NCBI GenBank assembly: GCA_963663965.2
Contig: CAXXFK010000028.1
Span: 1-64,000, forward strand
Source of the DNA: Sedimentisphaerales bacterium
GTDB taxonomy: Bacteria; Planctomycetota; Phycisphaerae; Sedimentisphaerales; SM23-30
DNA: 64,000 nucleotides
Direction of reading: 5' to 3'
Shown: in pieces, positions 42,942 to 53,507 of the stretch
Position numbering within the stretch: position 1 is the stretch's first letter
Layout of the letters: each line of letters starts with the position of its first letter
The notes under the pieces: generated by a model
The model's database searches: none
What the model saw: the letters and a program-made list of their open reading frames with translations, nothing else
What the model was told of the DNA's origin: nothing
Position numbers and translations under genes: made by a program

Positions 42942-45251
42942 TTATTCCTCTGTTTTTTCCAGACTCTTTAGAAGTTCTTCTTCTGCTGAAATCTCCTGGG
43001 TGTCATCTATTGAATATTTTGGAGTGACAAGAGTGTCCTGTTGATCCAGGGGTTCTGTTGATCTGTCATCTCTTCTTTCGCTGCGAGAGCGTGACCTGTG
43101 ATCATTTGTCATTCTGAGTGACTCGTCAGGTGTTTCCAGAATATGCGGAGTTAGGAAGATGATCATTTCGATCTTTTCCCGTTTTTTAGTTGTATGTTTG
43201 AAAAGGGCGCCGAGTAGTGGTATATCACCAAGAAGAGGTACTTTTTCTTCTACATCGTTGATTGTATCACCTGTAAAACCGGCAAGGCAAACTGTCTGCC
43301 CATTTTTTATTCTTAGGTTTACCTTTGCAGTTCTTTTGTTGATGATCTGCGGGTTAAAGTCTTCTGTGATCTGGAAAGTCTGGGCACTAATATCATCCAC
43401 TGTCTGTTCAATATTCAGAGAAATAAAATCGTCTGGATGAATCTGAGGTGTGACTTTAAGTGAAGTGGCAACATCTTCATACGTGACTTTACTGATATAT
43501 GCTTGATCGTATCTGGTTTCAATGCTTTCAAGTTTTGGAACTTTATTACCCAATGAGATTTCACCCTGAACATTATTCTTAGTAACAAGGTGCGGCCTGG
43601 ATATTACATCGATATTTCCTGAGGTAATCATTGCCTTGAGACTTAGTTTGAAATCGTGGTCAAGTACTTCATATGATAATCCAGAGATATTGTCAAAACC
43701 ATCAAAAGAAGTTCGGCAGAATAAGTAGCCGTTCTGTCGTTACGTAAATATTCGCCAGCATAATCCAATTGAACACCCATTTCATCAGCATTACTTTTAT
43801 TAACCTGGGTGATGAATACTTCAATATACACCATTTGTTGTGGCTTGTCCAGCTGAGCGATCATCTGCATGATCTTAGGGAAATTTCCTTGAAAAAGTAT
43901 AGATTAGAAGAGAATTTCTTATTTTATCTGCAACAATTGTGTATTCATTCTGGCTAACTAGTGCAAGTGACTGGCTGATTCTCTCTGCGAAGCTATTGTC
44001 TTCAATACCTGCACGAGAGAGAGTTCTTTTGATCTTTTCTGCGGTAACATCCGACTTGTCAGCATTTGCTTCTGCTTCCAGTAGTTCCTTAGGGGTTTCT
44101 GCCGGGGCCTGCTTGTATATATTATTAAGAAGATTGGTAATATCTTCCGCTTCGGCATATGAAAGTGGTATATACCTTAATTCCTTCTTGTCGATATCAA
44201 ATTTATTTTTCAATTCATCAATAATAGGGAAAATAGCTTCATCCTGAGTTTCAATAACCAGGACATTATTACGTTCTTCAGACGATACGTATTTGTCTTT
44301 CAGAGATGGATTATTTGCCATTAATCCCTGAAACGACTCAACGCTGATATAGTTTAAGGTAATATATTTCTGGATAACTGGAGGGCCGGGAGGGGCAATA
44401 TCCAGCTCTTCTTTGATAACTTTTTCCATCTCATCGATAACAAAGTCAGGACCTTCTACTACGATCTTACGCTGCTTTGGATGTTTGTGTATTTTGTAAA
44501 CTTTTCTGGCTCTTTCTTCAACTGTAGCATTAGGAGAAACCAGGTATACTTCTTTAAGATAGTCAAGGATCTCATCAGAAACAGCATTTTTCAGGTCAAT
44601 ACTTCTGATAACAATTTCCGGCATATCATTCTGCAGGAGTTCAGCTACATCGCTTTTAGGTATATCTGTTTTGGGTGTCTGGTGAGGGCTAAGGGCAATG
44701 TTTTTTACTGGAATATCGATTTCGGCCAGATAGGTCTGAATTTCCTTTATTACTTTTTCAGGGCCGCGAACGATAATAGAGTCTCCGTTTGGATGAGGTT
44801 CTATCATACTTGGCTTTTTACTCTTATTGTCACCTTCTGGCCCTGGAGGCATGAAACGTTTTTTCAGGATCTGTACCGTTTCTTCCGGCTTAAGGAATTT
44901 CAGCTTTATAACCTGGTCTATATCCTGAATTTGAGTAATAGTTATTATTTGCCCATTGAGTATTGCTTTTCTGTTCTGTTTGAGAAGAACTTCGTTAAGT
45001 AGTGAAAGCATACCGCTTACGTCAACCTTTTCCCGGCTTATCAGAGTGATAGGGCCAGAAACAAGCTCTACCCCGTCAAATTGGACATGGTATGTTTCGG
45101 ACAGCATCTGGAATAACTGTTTAGGTTCCAGGTCCGGGTAATAGCAGCTAGCCTTAACAACATCATCTTTTGGAGCTTCCTGTGCGTAAGTTATTGTTGG
45201 TAAAGCGAATATGAGAAAAAGCAGGGCAAGTAACAATCCATTATTTTTCAT
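42942..45251 (-). CDS. Secretin (GspD/T2SS-like), split into three ORFs by compensating +1 (~43884) and -1 (~43714) errors
   Basis: Repeated secretin_N units; IAQLDKPQQMVYIEV; ISRPHLVTKNN; LKVTPQI; KVPLLGDIPLLGALFK; EMIIFLTPHI. The first and third ORFs are in the same frame. Confidence 0.85.
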
Positions 45252-45502
45252 TTTTGTCTCCTGATTCTGTAATGTAGCACCATGTATCTGGTCTGTCCGA
45301 AAATCATTATGAAGTCTTTAATGGTTCAAGGAGCTATTAAAATTGCTATTGAACGGACAAACTTAATGGTAAGTATAATATCTTTTACCATAAAACCGGA
45401 GAATTTTCAAGATATTTGTATGTGCATAAGGTGTTGGTTTTTAAAGGATTACAAAGTTAAGAATGGAGGTCTTATTTCGAATGCAGAGTCTTATTGGCAT
45501 AT

Positions 45503-45553
45503 AAAAAAATATTCCCGACAAAATCATTTATAGTAGGATGATTTTGCCAGGAA
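45503..45553 (-). terminator. Terminator-like hairpin after the FecR gene
   Basis: CAAAATCAT/ATGATTTTG stem with a U-run on the minus strand. Confidence 0.6.
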
Positions 45554-45646
45554 CTAATGCGTGAATAACACAAGGTTATTGCGTTTAGGAGATCTCATCA
45601 AACTGTAATGCACACAGTTGTTTTAAGATACTGCGATTGTGTTATT

Positions 45647-47371
45647 TTATTTATCCAGCGGGAAATTGCTGTATAGTTTTTTTATTGCTTCTGGTTTCAG
45701 GGCATAATCCCATATAGCCATGTCGTAGATGTTGCCATAAAATGGATAGCTGAGAGAATTAGATCTTACGCCAAGATGTATCTTGATATCATTGCTCAAA
45801 TCCATACTTTTAGCGATAGAATTGTCCATTTTATTTGTTATCTGGAATTCGACATCGCTTTTCTCCAGCGTGTCTTTGCTGGCAGAGTGCCAACTAATAT
45901 CACTGCCATCAAGGTATCCTTTGAATGTGCCGGTATTACGGTCTACTACCATTGCTATTGAATGCCAGTTATTGTCATCAATTGTGATATCAGACGTGTA
46001 CCAAAGCTGAATAAGTTCGCCATCCACATGGCCGGAAAGTCTGACAAAAGGTTTGTTGTCAAGTAGTCCCATACGCCAGCCTTTTTGGCCAACGGGCATA
46101 AATCTACTTGCAATGAACTGTTTATTATCTTGAGGGTTGGCATCAATGTCAGTCTTGAACCATAATGCAACAGTAAAGCTGTTTTCCTCGTATACCGGGA
46201 TTTTGTCAAATATCACATAACCTGGATTATCTATATCAGGAGAAAAGTATGCCGAAGAGTCAGCGATACCTGCTTTGTTATTATTCGCAAATTGCTGGAA
46301 TAGTACATTTGTGTATTCAATATGATCTTTAAGATCAAAACTGCTTAAGTACCTGTTTACCCAGGATGCCTTATCGTTGAATGTATAGTAGGTTGAGACA
46401 TTACTGATTTCGATCTGTTTTTCATAGCTGGAAAGTGGACGGTCCATAACACTATTTTGGATAAATGGTATATCTTCCATTACTCCAAAATTATCAACAG
46501 ATTTTGCAATACCAGCTTTAAGTATCTCTCTACTGCTATCGTCTTTGCTATTGGAGATTACAGCGGAGCCTTTATACATTTGCACTTCAGTAGAACGAAG
46601 ATACCTGTCTACGTTTATACTAAATTCAGTACCTAGGTCAACGATCATTGCATTTGGCGTTTTAACGGTGAAGCCTGTACCTTCTTTTTGAACTTTCGAG
46701 TACATTTTACCATAGCTGAGAGTCAGTTCAGATTGTGTTTTGAACTGGAATCTGGCTGGAGCTTCCATGACAATGCTTACATTTCGATCTGTTTTTAGTT
46801 CTATTATGCCGTTTGCGAGAGTTATGACTTCGTTCAGGTAAATATTGTCACCCTGGTTTAGATTCTGAACATCGCCAGTCCATTCACACTTGTATGTATC
46901 TGCAAGAAGGGCAGCCCTTGGACTTGGAGTCAGAGGGTTGAATTTTATATAAACAACAAGAAATATTATTGCTGCTGCTGCTGCTGCTATGGCTAGCGGA
47001 GAAGGTCTTTCAGCCTTGGCTAAAAGTACAGGTCTTTCGATTATATCAAGATCTAGCTCAGTCGATTTGTTATCAGATGGTATATTTACAACTGGAGCCT
47101 GGTTTTCATATTCTGCAAATTTATGAAGTATATCACAGTCACAGGAATCATTTTCCAGCTCTGAATCTGAAATCGATGAGAGTATATCGAAAACAGCCTG
47201 TTCTTGTTTATGGATCATTACAAACTTTTCGACATACTCCTGTTGCATGAGGTATGCCTTGAGGATGGCCGCTTCATCTTCAGTAATAGTTTCATCCTGA
47301 TATTTTTGTACAAGAATATCGAAGTCGCTGTCAGAGATATCTGAAGTCTGATTGTAGTTATTATCAGTCAT
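45647..47371 (-). CDS. FecR-domain anti-sigma factor with C-terminal LamG domain
   Basis: TM, GFTVKTPNAMIVDLGTEF (FecR), FTVALWFK...WHSIAMV...FYGNIYDMAIWDYAL (LamG); TAATG overlap with the sigma gene. Confidence 0.9.
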   Translation of the reverse strand: MTDNNYNQTSDISDSDFDILVQKYQDETITEDEAAILKAYLMQQEYVEKFVMIHKQEQAVFDILSSISDSELENDSCDCDILHKFAEYENQAPVVNIPSDNKSTELDLDIIERPVLLAKAERPSPLAIAAAAAAIIFLVVYIKFNPLTPSPRAALLADTYKCEWTGDVQNLNQGDNIYLNEVITLANGIIELKTDRNVSIVMEAPARFQFKTQSELTLSYGKMYSKVQKEGTGFTVKTPNAMIVDLGTEFSINVDRYLRSTEVQMYKGSAVISNSKDDSSREILKAGIAKSVDNFGVMEDIPFIQNSVMDRPLSSYEKQIEISNVSTYYTFNDKASWVNRYLSSFDLKDHIEYTNVLFQQFANNNKAGIADSSAYFSPDIDNPGYVIFDKIPVYEENSFTVALWFKTDIDANPQDNKQFIASRFMPVGQKGWRMGLLDNKPFVRLSGHVDGELIQLWYTSDITIDDNNWHSIAMVVDRNTGTFKGYLDGSDISWHSASKDTLEKSDVEFQITNKMDNSIAKSMDLSNDIKIHLGVRSNSLSYPFYGNIYDMAIWDYALKPEAIKKLYSNFPLDK

Positions 47372-47895
47372 TACTCTTCCTTGATAGCCTTTACCTTCTT
47401 CTGCATGCAATTATATAATGAACGGTGGGCACGGCTAACTGCGACATACACCGATTTGACATTTCTGTTAAGAGAATTGGCTAGATCTGCGCCGGTCAAA
47501 TTATACTTATACCGTTTTTCGAGTAATTCTCTAACGGGTTTAGATAGCTGATCGATGCATTTTTCAAGAATCGTCAATGTTTCAGGATTGTCCAGGAAGG
47601 AATTCTTCTCGTTTTCATACTGAATCAGAGTCAAAATGTTATCGTCAATTACTAACGGTCGCTTTTTCTGTTCGCGCAAATACTTTAGGGCTTCATTTTT
47701 GCCAACAACCCAGACCCATTTCAATAGGTGGCTGCTGTCCTGAAACTTTTCTTTGTTTTGCAATGACTGTAAGCAGATCTTTTGGAAAATATCTTCTGCG
47801 ATATGGAAGTCACAGACAATTGACCTAAGAAACGACAACAGTTTAACTCTGTTTTTCAGTACTGCCTCTAAAACTTGTTCTTCTTTAAGGGCCAT
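47371..47895 (-). CDS. ECF sigma-70 factor (Planctomycete/Verrucomicrobia type)
   Basis: DFHIAEDIFQ, LLKWVWVVGKN, LEKCIDQL...RY...SVYVAVSRAHRSLYNCM. Confidence 0.9.
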   Translation of the reverse strand: MALKEEQVLEAVLKNRVKLLSFLRSIVCDFHIAEDIFQKICLQSLQNKEKFQDSSHLLKWVWVVGKNEALKYLREQKKRPLVIDDNILTLIQYENEKNSFLDNPETLTILEKCIDQLSKPVRELLEKRYKYNLTGADLANSLNRNVKSVYVAVSRAHRSLYNCMQKKVKAIKEE

Positions 47896-48197
47896 TATTA
47901 TCTCTACACTTTTATAATCCAGAAGTTTAATTTTCTTAACATGGAAAATAATAAAAAACATTTAAATGATCATTATTGTCATCGGCTAGGAGTGTGTATG
48001 AACATAAAAGTTTTAGCCTCAATAACTTATAATACCATTGCAGATTCTTATGACGCTACTTCACTATGAATAATATCTGGTTGGTAAATTATTTTAGCAC
48101 TTTATGGAGGGTAAATCTAGATGTCTGCGTCTTAAATATACATTGAAATGTTAATATGGGTATTGATTATGAAGAAGTTGTAATTTACAATTCAGAA

Positions 48198-49355
48198 ATG
48201 ACTTATAAAAAAAGAAATATAGCAGTTGTGACGGGAACCAGGGCTGATTACGGTATATTAAAGCCGGTGATCGAAGCTATAGATGCTAACAAAAAACTAA
48301 ATCTGGGCGTCCTGATTACAGGGCAGCATATGCTTAAAAGGTTTGGTAGCACCTGTAAGGAAGTAGAAGCTGACGGCTGGCCGATCATTGGTAAAGTCAG
48401 GCTGCAGGGAGAGAATTATGATCTCAGATCTCAGGCTGTATCCACCGGCAGGGCGATCTCCAAATATAGCCAGATATTTATAGATAACAATACTGATATA
48501 GTTGTTGTTTTAGGCGATCGCCTGGAACAGTTTGCAGCGGCAACTGCGGCAATTTCAGCTGATAAGTTTCTGGCTCATATTCATGGCGGTGACAGGGCAA
48601 CCGGTATTACAGATGACAGTTTCAGACATGCAATTACTAAGCTGAGCCATGTTCATTTTGCTGCCAGCGAGATGTCGGCCCAGAGAATTAAGCGGCTTGG
48701 CGAGGATGATTTCAGAATTTATCGGACCGGCTCGCCTGCAATTGATGGAATTTTAAAAAATATTTGCCGGGATAAAAAGGTACTGTCTGAGTATGTCGAT
48801 TTTGATATTGAGAATGATTTTGTGATCGTTCTTTATCATCCTGCTGGCGGATCAGAGAAAACAGAGCAAAGCAGAATGGCTGATATTCTCAAAGTTATGA
48901 GCTGTAAGTCACTGCATAAAATGGTGTTATATCCTAACTGTGACCAGGGGAGCCCAGGTGTTATTAAAGCTATGAATAGCTATAAGGGGCGCAAAGGCTT
49001 TTCTATTGTAAAGCATCTGCCAAGAAGTATATACCTTGGTTTGTTGGAGAGATCTAAAGGGTTAATAGGTAATAGTTCTGGTGGAATTATTGAGGCGAGC
49101 ATCATAAATGTCGATGTTATAGACGTTGGCAGCAGGCAGTCTGGCCGTGAACGCTCTAAAAGTGTAATTCATTCTGAATATGGCACAGATAATATTGAAA
49201 AAGCTGCCCAAATGATGGTAAGACGTCAAAAACGTTCGTATAAATATACTGATTGTGATATTTATGGGGACGGACGCAGCGGAAAAAAAATTGCCTCGAT
49301 TTTGACTAAAATCAAGCTGAATGACCAGTTAAAGTTAAAAACTATAGTATATTAA
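48198..49355 (+). CDS. neuC: UDP-N-acetylglucosamine 2-epimerase (hydrolysing)
   Basis: VVTGTRADYG, GDRLE, HIHGGD, DDSFRHAITKLSH, YPNCD, GNSSGGIIEA, GSRQSGRE, YGDG. Confidence 0.9.
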   Translation: MTYKKRNIAVVTGTRADYGILKPVIEAIDANKKLNLGVLITGQHMLKRFGSTCKEVEADGWPIIGKVRLQGENYDLRSQAVSTGRAISKYSQIFIDNNTDIVVVLGDRLEQFAAATAAISADKFLAHIHGGDRATGITDDSFRHAITKLSHVHFAASEMSAQRIKRLGEDDFRIYRTGSPAIDGILKNICRDKKVLSEYVDFDIENDFVIVLYHPAGGSEKTEQSRMADILKVMSCKSLHKMVLYPNCDQGSPGVIKAMNSYKGRKGFSIVKHLPRSIYLGLLERSKGLIGNSSGGIIEASIINVDVIDVGSRQSGRERSKSVIHSEYGTDNIEKAAQMMVRRQKRSYKYTDCDIYGDGRSGKKIASILTKIKLNDQLKLKTIVY

Positions 49356-49463
49356 TATCTTTAACTTAACTGGCACTGCAATTATTCCGATATGCTGGAT
49401 GGAAAGAGGCCTCCTGTTCAAGCAGGAAAGGTTCAATTGTCAATTTGTGCGAAGGAATTATTT

Positions 49464-50321
49464 ATGAGTGAAACTGAAGCTCTCAAAATAGCGAATAATA
49501 CAATCGAAATTGCTACATTACCTGAAGTTACGATGAAGATCATCGAGGTCGTTCAGGATCCGCGCAGTACCGCTCATGATCTGCATGAAATTGTGAAGAA
49601 TGACCCGGCCTTGTCTTCAAGAGTTTTAAGAGTAGTAAATTCAGCGTTTTATGGGTTGCCTGGCCAGATCGGCAGTATAGACAGGGCAATTATGCTTCTT
49701 GGGTTAAATGCTGTAAAAAACATTGCTATAGCTGCTTCATTGAGCAAAATGTTCAAAGGTGGAGCTGTTTCTGATGATCTTACAGGAAAAGACTTATGGA
49801 CTCATAGTGTAGCTGTTGGAGCTGCAAATAAGCTTATCACTCAGGCAATCGGTTTAGCATTGCCGGATGAGGCATTTCTTGCAGGGTTGATCCATGATAT
49901 TGGTGTCGTTGCAGAACTTCAGTGCTGCAGCAGTGAAATACCAAAGGTTGTAGATGCTATTCGTGCAGGGCTGCCATTGCTAAAAGCAGAAGAAAAAGTG
50001 CTTGGCGCAAATCACCAGGAAATAGGTGCTTTACTGTCTTCTAAATGGAAATTCCCTAGATCATTCCAGTTTGTTACCGGCTACCATCATACTCCATTTG
50101 AGCTGGCACCAGAAAACCGCCTGCTGGCATGTGTGACATATCTGGCCGACTACGTCTGTACCAAGAAGGGGCTTGGAATTGTTAAGACCCACGGTCAGGA
50201 ACAGTCAGAAGAGCTGGATATGGATGTGCTTAAAGAGATCAAGCTTTCTGAAGAATCTCTGGAACATGTTATTGATAATATCGATGAAGAGCTCGAAGTT
50301 GTAAGAACTCTCATTGAATAG
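49464..50321 (+). CDS. HDOD domain protein
   Basis: TLPEV, DPALSSRVLRVVNSAFYG, AIMLLG, LWTHS, AGLIHDIG, WKFP, YHH. Confidence 0.9.
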   Translation: MSETEALKIANNTIEIATLPEVTMKIIEVVQDPRSTAHDLHEIVKNDPALSSRVLRVVNSAFYGLPGQIGSIDRAIMLLGLNAVKNIAIAASLSKMFKGGAVSDDLTGKDLWTHSVAVGAANKLITQAIGLALPDEAFLAGLIHDIGVVAELQCCSSEIPKVVDAIRAGLPLLKAEEKVLGANHQEIGALLSSKWKFPRSFQFVTGYHHTPFELAPENRLLACVTYLADYVCTKKGLGIVKTHGQEQSEELDMDVLKEIKLSEESLEHVIDNIDEELEVVRTLIE

Positions 50322-50334
50322 TGCGAATAAGGCA

Positions 50335-50757
50335 TTAATTGCCATTTAAGCATAAAATAATATCAATTATCAGGGCTATTGCTGATAGTATGAAAATTGC
50401 AAAATAGTTGAAATTCTCTTTCGATTTTACAATAGAATTCAATAAATATAGCAATACAGCTCTCTGGTCATCAGTCATGCATTTAGCTTCTTTTACTGCT
50501 TCTATCAGATTGTAATCTTTTACAGCCAATCTTCTTTTGTTAGATATCTTAAAACGATATAAAAAAAAGAAAATATATCCGATCACTCCAAAGTACCATA
50601 CTGGCCTGACAAATGATGGTGATAATTCTGACAAAATTGTAAGTATTCTGAATGATATTGTGCATAAAAGACCAAGGATAAAAAAACTGTAAATGATCCA
50701 TGGGCTTTTGGTTTTCGGGATTTCAGCCATTGGCGGGTGTTTCTCTCTTAAATTCAA
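50335..50757 (-). CDS. Hypothetical 3-TM membrane protein
   Basis: Three hydrophobic segments; start may be the Met of MAEIPK. Confidence 0.7.
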   Translation of the reverse strand: MNLREKHPPMAEIPKTKSPWIIYSFFILGLLCTISFRILTILSELSPSFVRPVWYFGVIGYIFFFLYRFKISNKRRLAVKDYNLIEAVKEAKCMTDDQRAVLLYLLNSIVKSKENFNYFAIFILSAIALIIDIILCLNGN

Positions 50758-50888
50758 TATTTCTAATGCTCTTATCTGTAATATTTTAGCTTAAAGAACT
50801 GCTTTAAGTCAATATTGCATATTAAAGATATTTCCGTTAGAATAGCGGTCTGAAAACATTGTCTCCCTTTGCTTGATAAGGAAAACTG

Positions 50889-51668
50889 ATGCAATTTGTA
50901 GATACGCACGCACACTTGACATTTGAGCAATATGAAGGAAAGCTCGATCATTTTGTTACTCAGGCTGCTGAAGCCGGGGTTGGCAGGATTGTCACTGTCG
51001 GCACAGACCTTCTGGACAGTCTTAAAGCCGTTGCTATCGCAAAAGAGTATCAAGATGTCATTTATGCCGTTATCGGCGTACACCCGCATGATGCCGCATC
51101 TAACAGCCCACAGGATATCGACGATATGGGGCGAATTATCGAAGATGGCTCTGTTATAGCAGTAGGGGAAACCGGTCTTGACTATTACTACGATCTTAGC
51201 CCCAAAGCCGCTCAGCAGGAGATATTTCGCAGTCATTTGACATTAGCGAGAAAGTATTCAGTGCCAGTAATAATTCACTGCAGAGATGCTTTTGATGACT
51301 GTATAGGGATAATCAAAGAGTTTGGTCCACAGCCGGAAGAAGTGATTTTCCACTGTTACAGCGGTGGTTTGAAAGAGACAAAAGAATTAATGGATTTGGG
51401 TGTGATCTTTAGCTTTTCTGGTACAGTGACCTTTAAGAAATCCTCTGAAATTCAGGAAAGTGCCGTCTATCTGCCAATGGACAGAATTATGCTCGAAACA
51501 GACAGTCCATATCTAAGTCCTGAACCTAAGCGTAATGTTAAGCCAAACGAGCCAGCATTAGTAATTCATACTGCTGCTAAACTTGCAGAGCTTAAGGGCT
51601 GTAAGCTGGAAGAGATCGCCTCAGCCACAACTGCCAATTTTGAAAGAGTTATGCTGAAAATAAGTTAG
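50889..51668 (+). CDS. tatD: TatD-family DNase
   Basis: DTHAH, GVHPH, GETGLDY, IHCR, FHCYS, LETDSPYL. Confidence 0.95.
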   Translation: MQFVDTHAHLTFEQYEGKLDHFVTQAAEAGVGRIVTVGTDLLDSLKAVAIAKEYQDVIYAVIGVHPHDAASNSPQDIDDMGRIIEDGSVIAVGETGLDYYYDLSPKAAQQEIFRSHLTLARKYSVPVIIHCRDAFDDCIGIIKEFGPQPEEVIFHCYSGGLKETKELMDLGVIFSFSGTVTFKKSSEIQESAVYLPMDRIMLETDSPYLSPEPKRNVKPNEPALVIHTAAKLAELKGCKLEEIASATTANFERVMLKIS

Positions 51669-51740
51669 TTGTTGTCTAACCTTACAACGCTTCGATCTAA
51701 TTCGGCTTCACTCTTAGTTTTCAGTTTTTCTCTATTGTCC

Positions 51741-53507
51741 TCAGACAGGCAAAGTTATAGTAAAGATACTACCGTTGCCTGGTGAACTCTGGACCGATAC
51801 ATTACCTTTATGTATTCTCGCAATGTGCTTAACGATAGCAAGGCCAAGCCCTGTCCCGCCCAGTTTTCTACTTCTGCTTTTATCAACGACATAGAAGCGT
51901 TCAAACAGGCGTTCATGGTGATCAGCAGGTATGCCGCAGCCTTCATCTTTTACACTGATATATACATCAGGACCTTCCTGTACTGCAAATATATCAATAT
52001 TACCTGATTCTGGACTGTATTTAAGAGCATTGTCTACCAGATTTCCCAGAGCCTGAACAAGCAAAGCTTTATTGCCATGTATTTTCAGGTGCTCATTACA
52101 GTTAATACTGATTTGAATATTCTTGTCATTTGCCCTGGTTTCAAAAGTGTCTAAAATGTCTTCAAATAGTTCTGAAATGAACACGCCGTCAAATGAGATT
52201 TCGTCTGATGTTACACTGTGCTCCAGTCTGGAAAGGCTAAGCAGATCTTCTATTAGAGCGTGCATTCTTTCCGTCTGGCGAGAGATAATGTCCAGGAACT
52301 TCTCCGCCTGTTCTTTATCATCTATTGCACCATCCTGCAGAGTTTCCACAAAACCGCGAATTGCAGTAATAGGTGTTTTAAGTTCATGTGACACATTTGC
52401 AACAAACTCTTTGCGGATATTCTCAAGGATCTTAAGCCTGGTGATATCTGAAATAACAATGATAACACCAGCTTCGTCGCCTTTTATGTCATATGCGGCA
52501 CCTCTTAACAATAGGTGCCGGTCAGATTTACCAGGAATAGTGATTTCTGTTTCAGTTCCTTCGCCGGAATTGAAAGTATGTTCTACAAACTCTATAAGCT
52601 CTGTTTTCCTGATAACAATAGCGATATCATTTTTTAGGACATGTTCAACATCAATGTCAAAAATATCAGCAGCCGCCTGATTGATATTGATCAGCTTTCT
52701 TTCATTATTAATAGCCAACAGGCCTTCAGACATATTGTTGAAAATGGTTTCTGTTTCATTTCTCTGCTGTATTATCGTTTTAATTCGACTGTCAAGTTGA
52801 GATGCCATATCGTTCAGGCCAGCAGACAGGTCATTTAGCTCGTCAATCTCAGATTGAGGTGCACGGCTGGTAAGGTTACCATTAGCAAAACTTCTTGCTA
52901 CCAGACATATTTCAGCAAGAGGCTTTGTGAATTTATTTAGTATCACGATACTTAGTAGTGCCATCGTGACAATAGCTGTAATGGCGCCAAGAGAAATTTT
53001 TGTAAGGATATTTTCAAAGATATTGCTAATGGTAAGGAGAGTAAGGCTGGTTCTCAGGACAGCACTGTCTCCATCATTATAATCAACCCTGATAGCAACA
53101 TACATTGTCTCAGCGTTTTGGGTACCGCTTTGGCGTGTGCTGGTACTTTCACCAACCTTGAGAGCTTCGACTATTTCAACGCGGTCTTTGTGTGAAGCCA
53201 TTTCTCTGGGGTCACGTTCGGATTCAGCAACAACAGTACCTTCAGGCAATACTACAGTTATTCTTAGTCCTGTAAGTTTCCCCTGACGTTTGCAGTAAGC
53301 GTCAAGCTCACTGTATCTGTTTTCAGACAGGAAATTTTTTACTGGTTCTTTTAGAATTTTGGCACTGCGAGACAGTTCATTGTTTATCTGGTTATAATAG
53401 AAATTCCGGATCGAACTAATAGAAAATCCGGCAAGTGCTACAAGTACAGCTGCCATTAAGACAAGTAACGGCAGGTATAGCTGAGAAAATAACTTTTTTT
53501 TAGCCAT
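51741..53507 (-). CDS. phoR: PhoR-like sensor kinase (HAMP, PAS, HisKA, HATPase)
   Basis: RKEFVANVSHELKTPITAIRGFVETL, NLVDNALKYS, FERFYVVDKSRSRKLGGTGLGLAIVKH. Confidence 0.88.
   Translation of the reverse strand: MAKKKLFSQLYLPLLVLMAAVLVALAGFSISSIRNFYYNQINNELSRSAKILKEPVKNFLSENRYSELDAYCKRQGKLTGLRITVVLPEGTVVAESERDPREMASHKDRVEIVEALKVGESTSTRQSGTQNAETMYVAIRVDYNDGDSAVLRTSLTLLTISNIFENILTKISLGAITAIVTMALLSIVILNKFTKPLAEICLVARSFANGNLTSRAPQSEIDELNDLSAGLNDMASQLDSRIKTIIQQRNETETIFNNMSEGLLAINNERKLININQAAADIFDIDVEHVLKNDIAIVIRKTELIEFVEHTFNSGEGTETEITIPGKSDRHLLLRGAAYDIKGDEAGVIIVISDITRLKILENIRKEFVANVSHELKTPITAIRGFVETLQDGAIDDKEQAEKFLDIISRQTERMHALIEDLLSLSRLEHSVTSDEISFDGVFISELFEDILDTFETRANDKNIQISINCNEHLKIHGNKALLVQALGNLVDNALKYSPESGNIDIFAVQEGPDVYISVKDEGCGIPADHHERLFERFYVVDKSRSRKLGGTGLGLAIVKHIARIHKGNVSVQSSPGNGSIFTITLPV

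Noticed and set aside
43643..43870. 75-aa ORF as an independent gene, or programmed frameshifting in the secretin
   Set aside because: It is the middle of the secretin between two compensating single-base indels; no slippery heptamer, so sequencing error is more parsimonious.
45282..45533. 83-aa + strand ORF upstream of the secretin
   Set aside because: Lies in the promoter/terminator gap, antisense to both neighbours, with no motif.
45554..45640. Small hairpins and a TGATGA motif suggesting a hammerhead or fluoride riboswitch
   Set aside because: Required core elements (CUGAUGA...GAAA, or GGxGAUG...GCUGAUG) are absent; probably 3' UTR structure.
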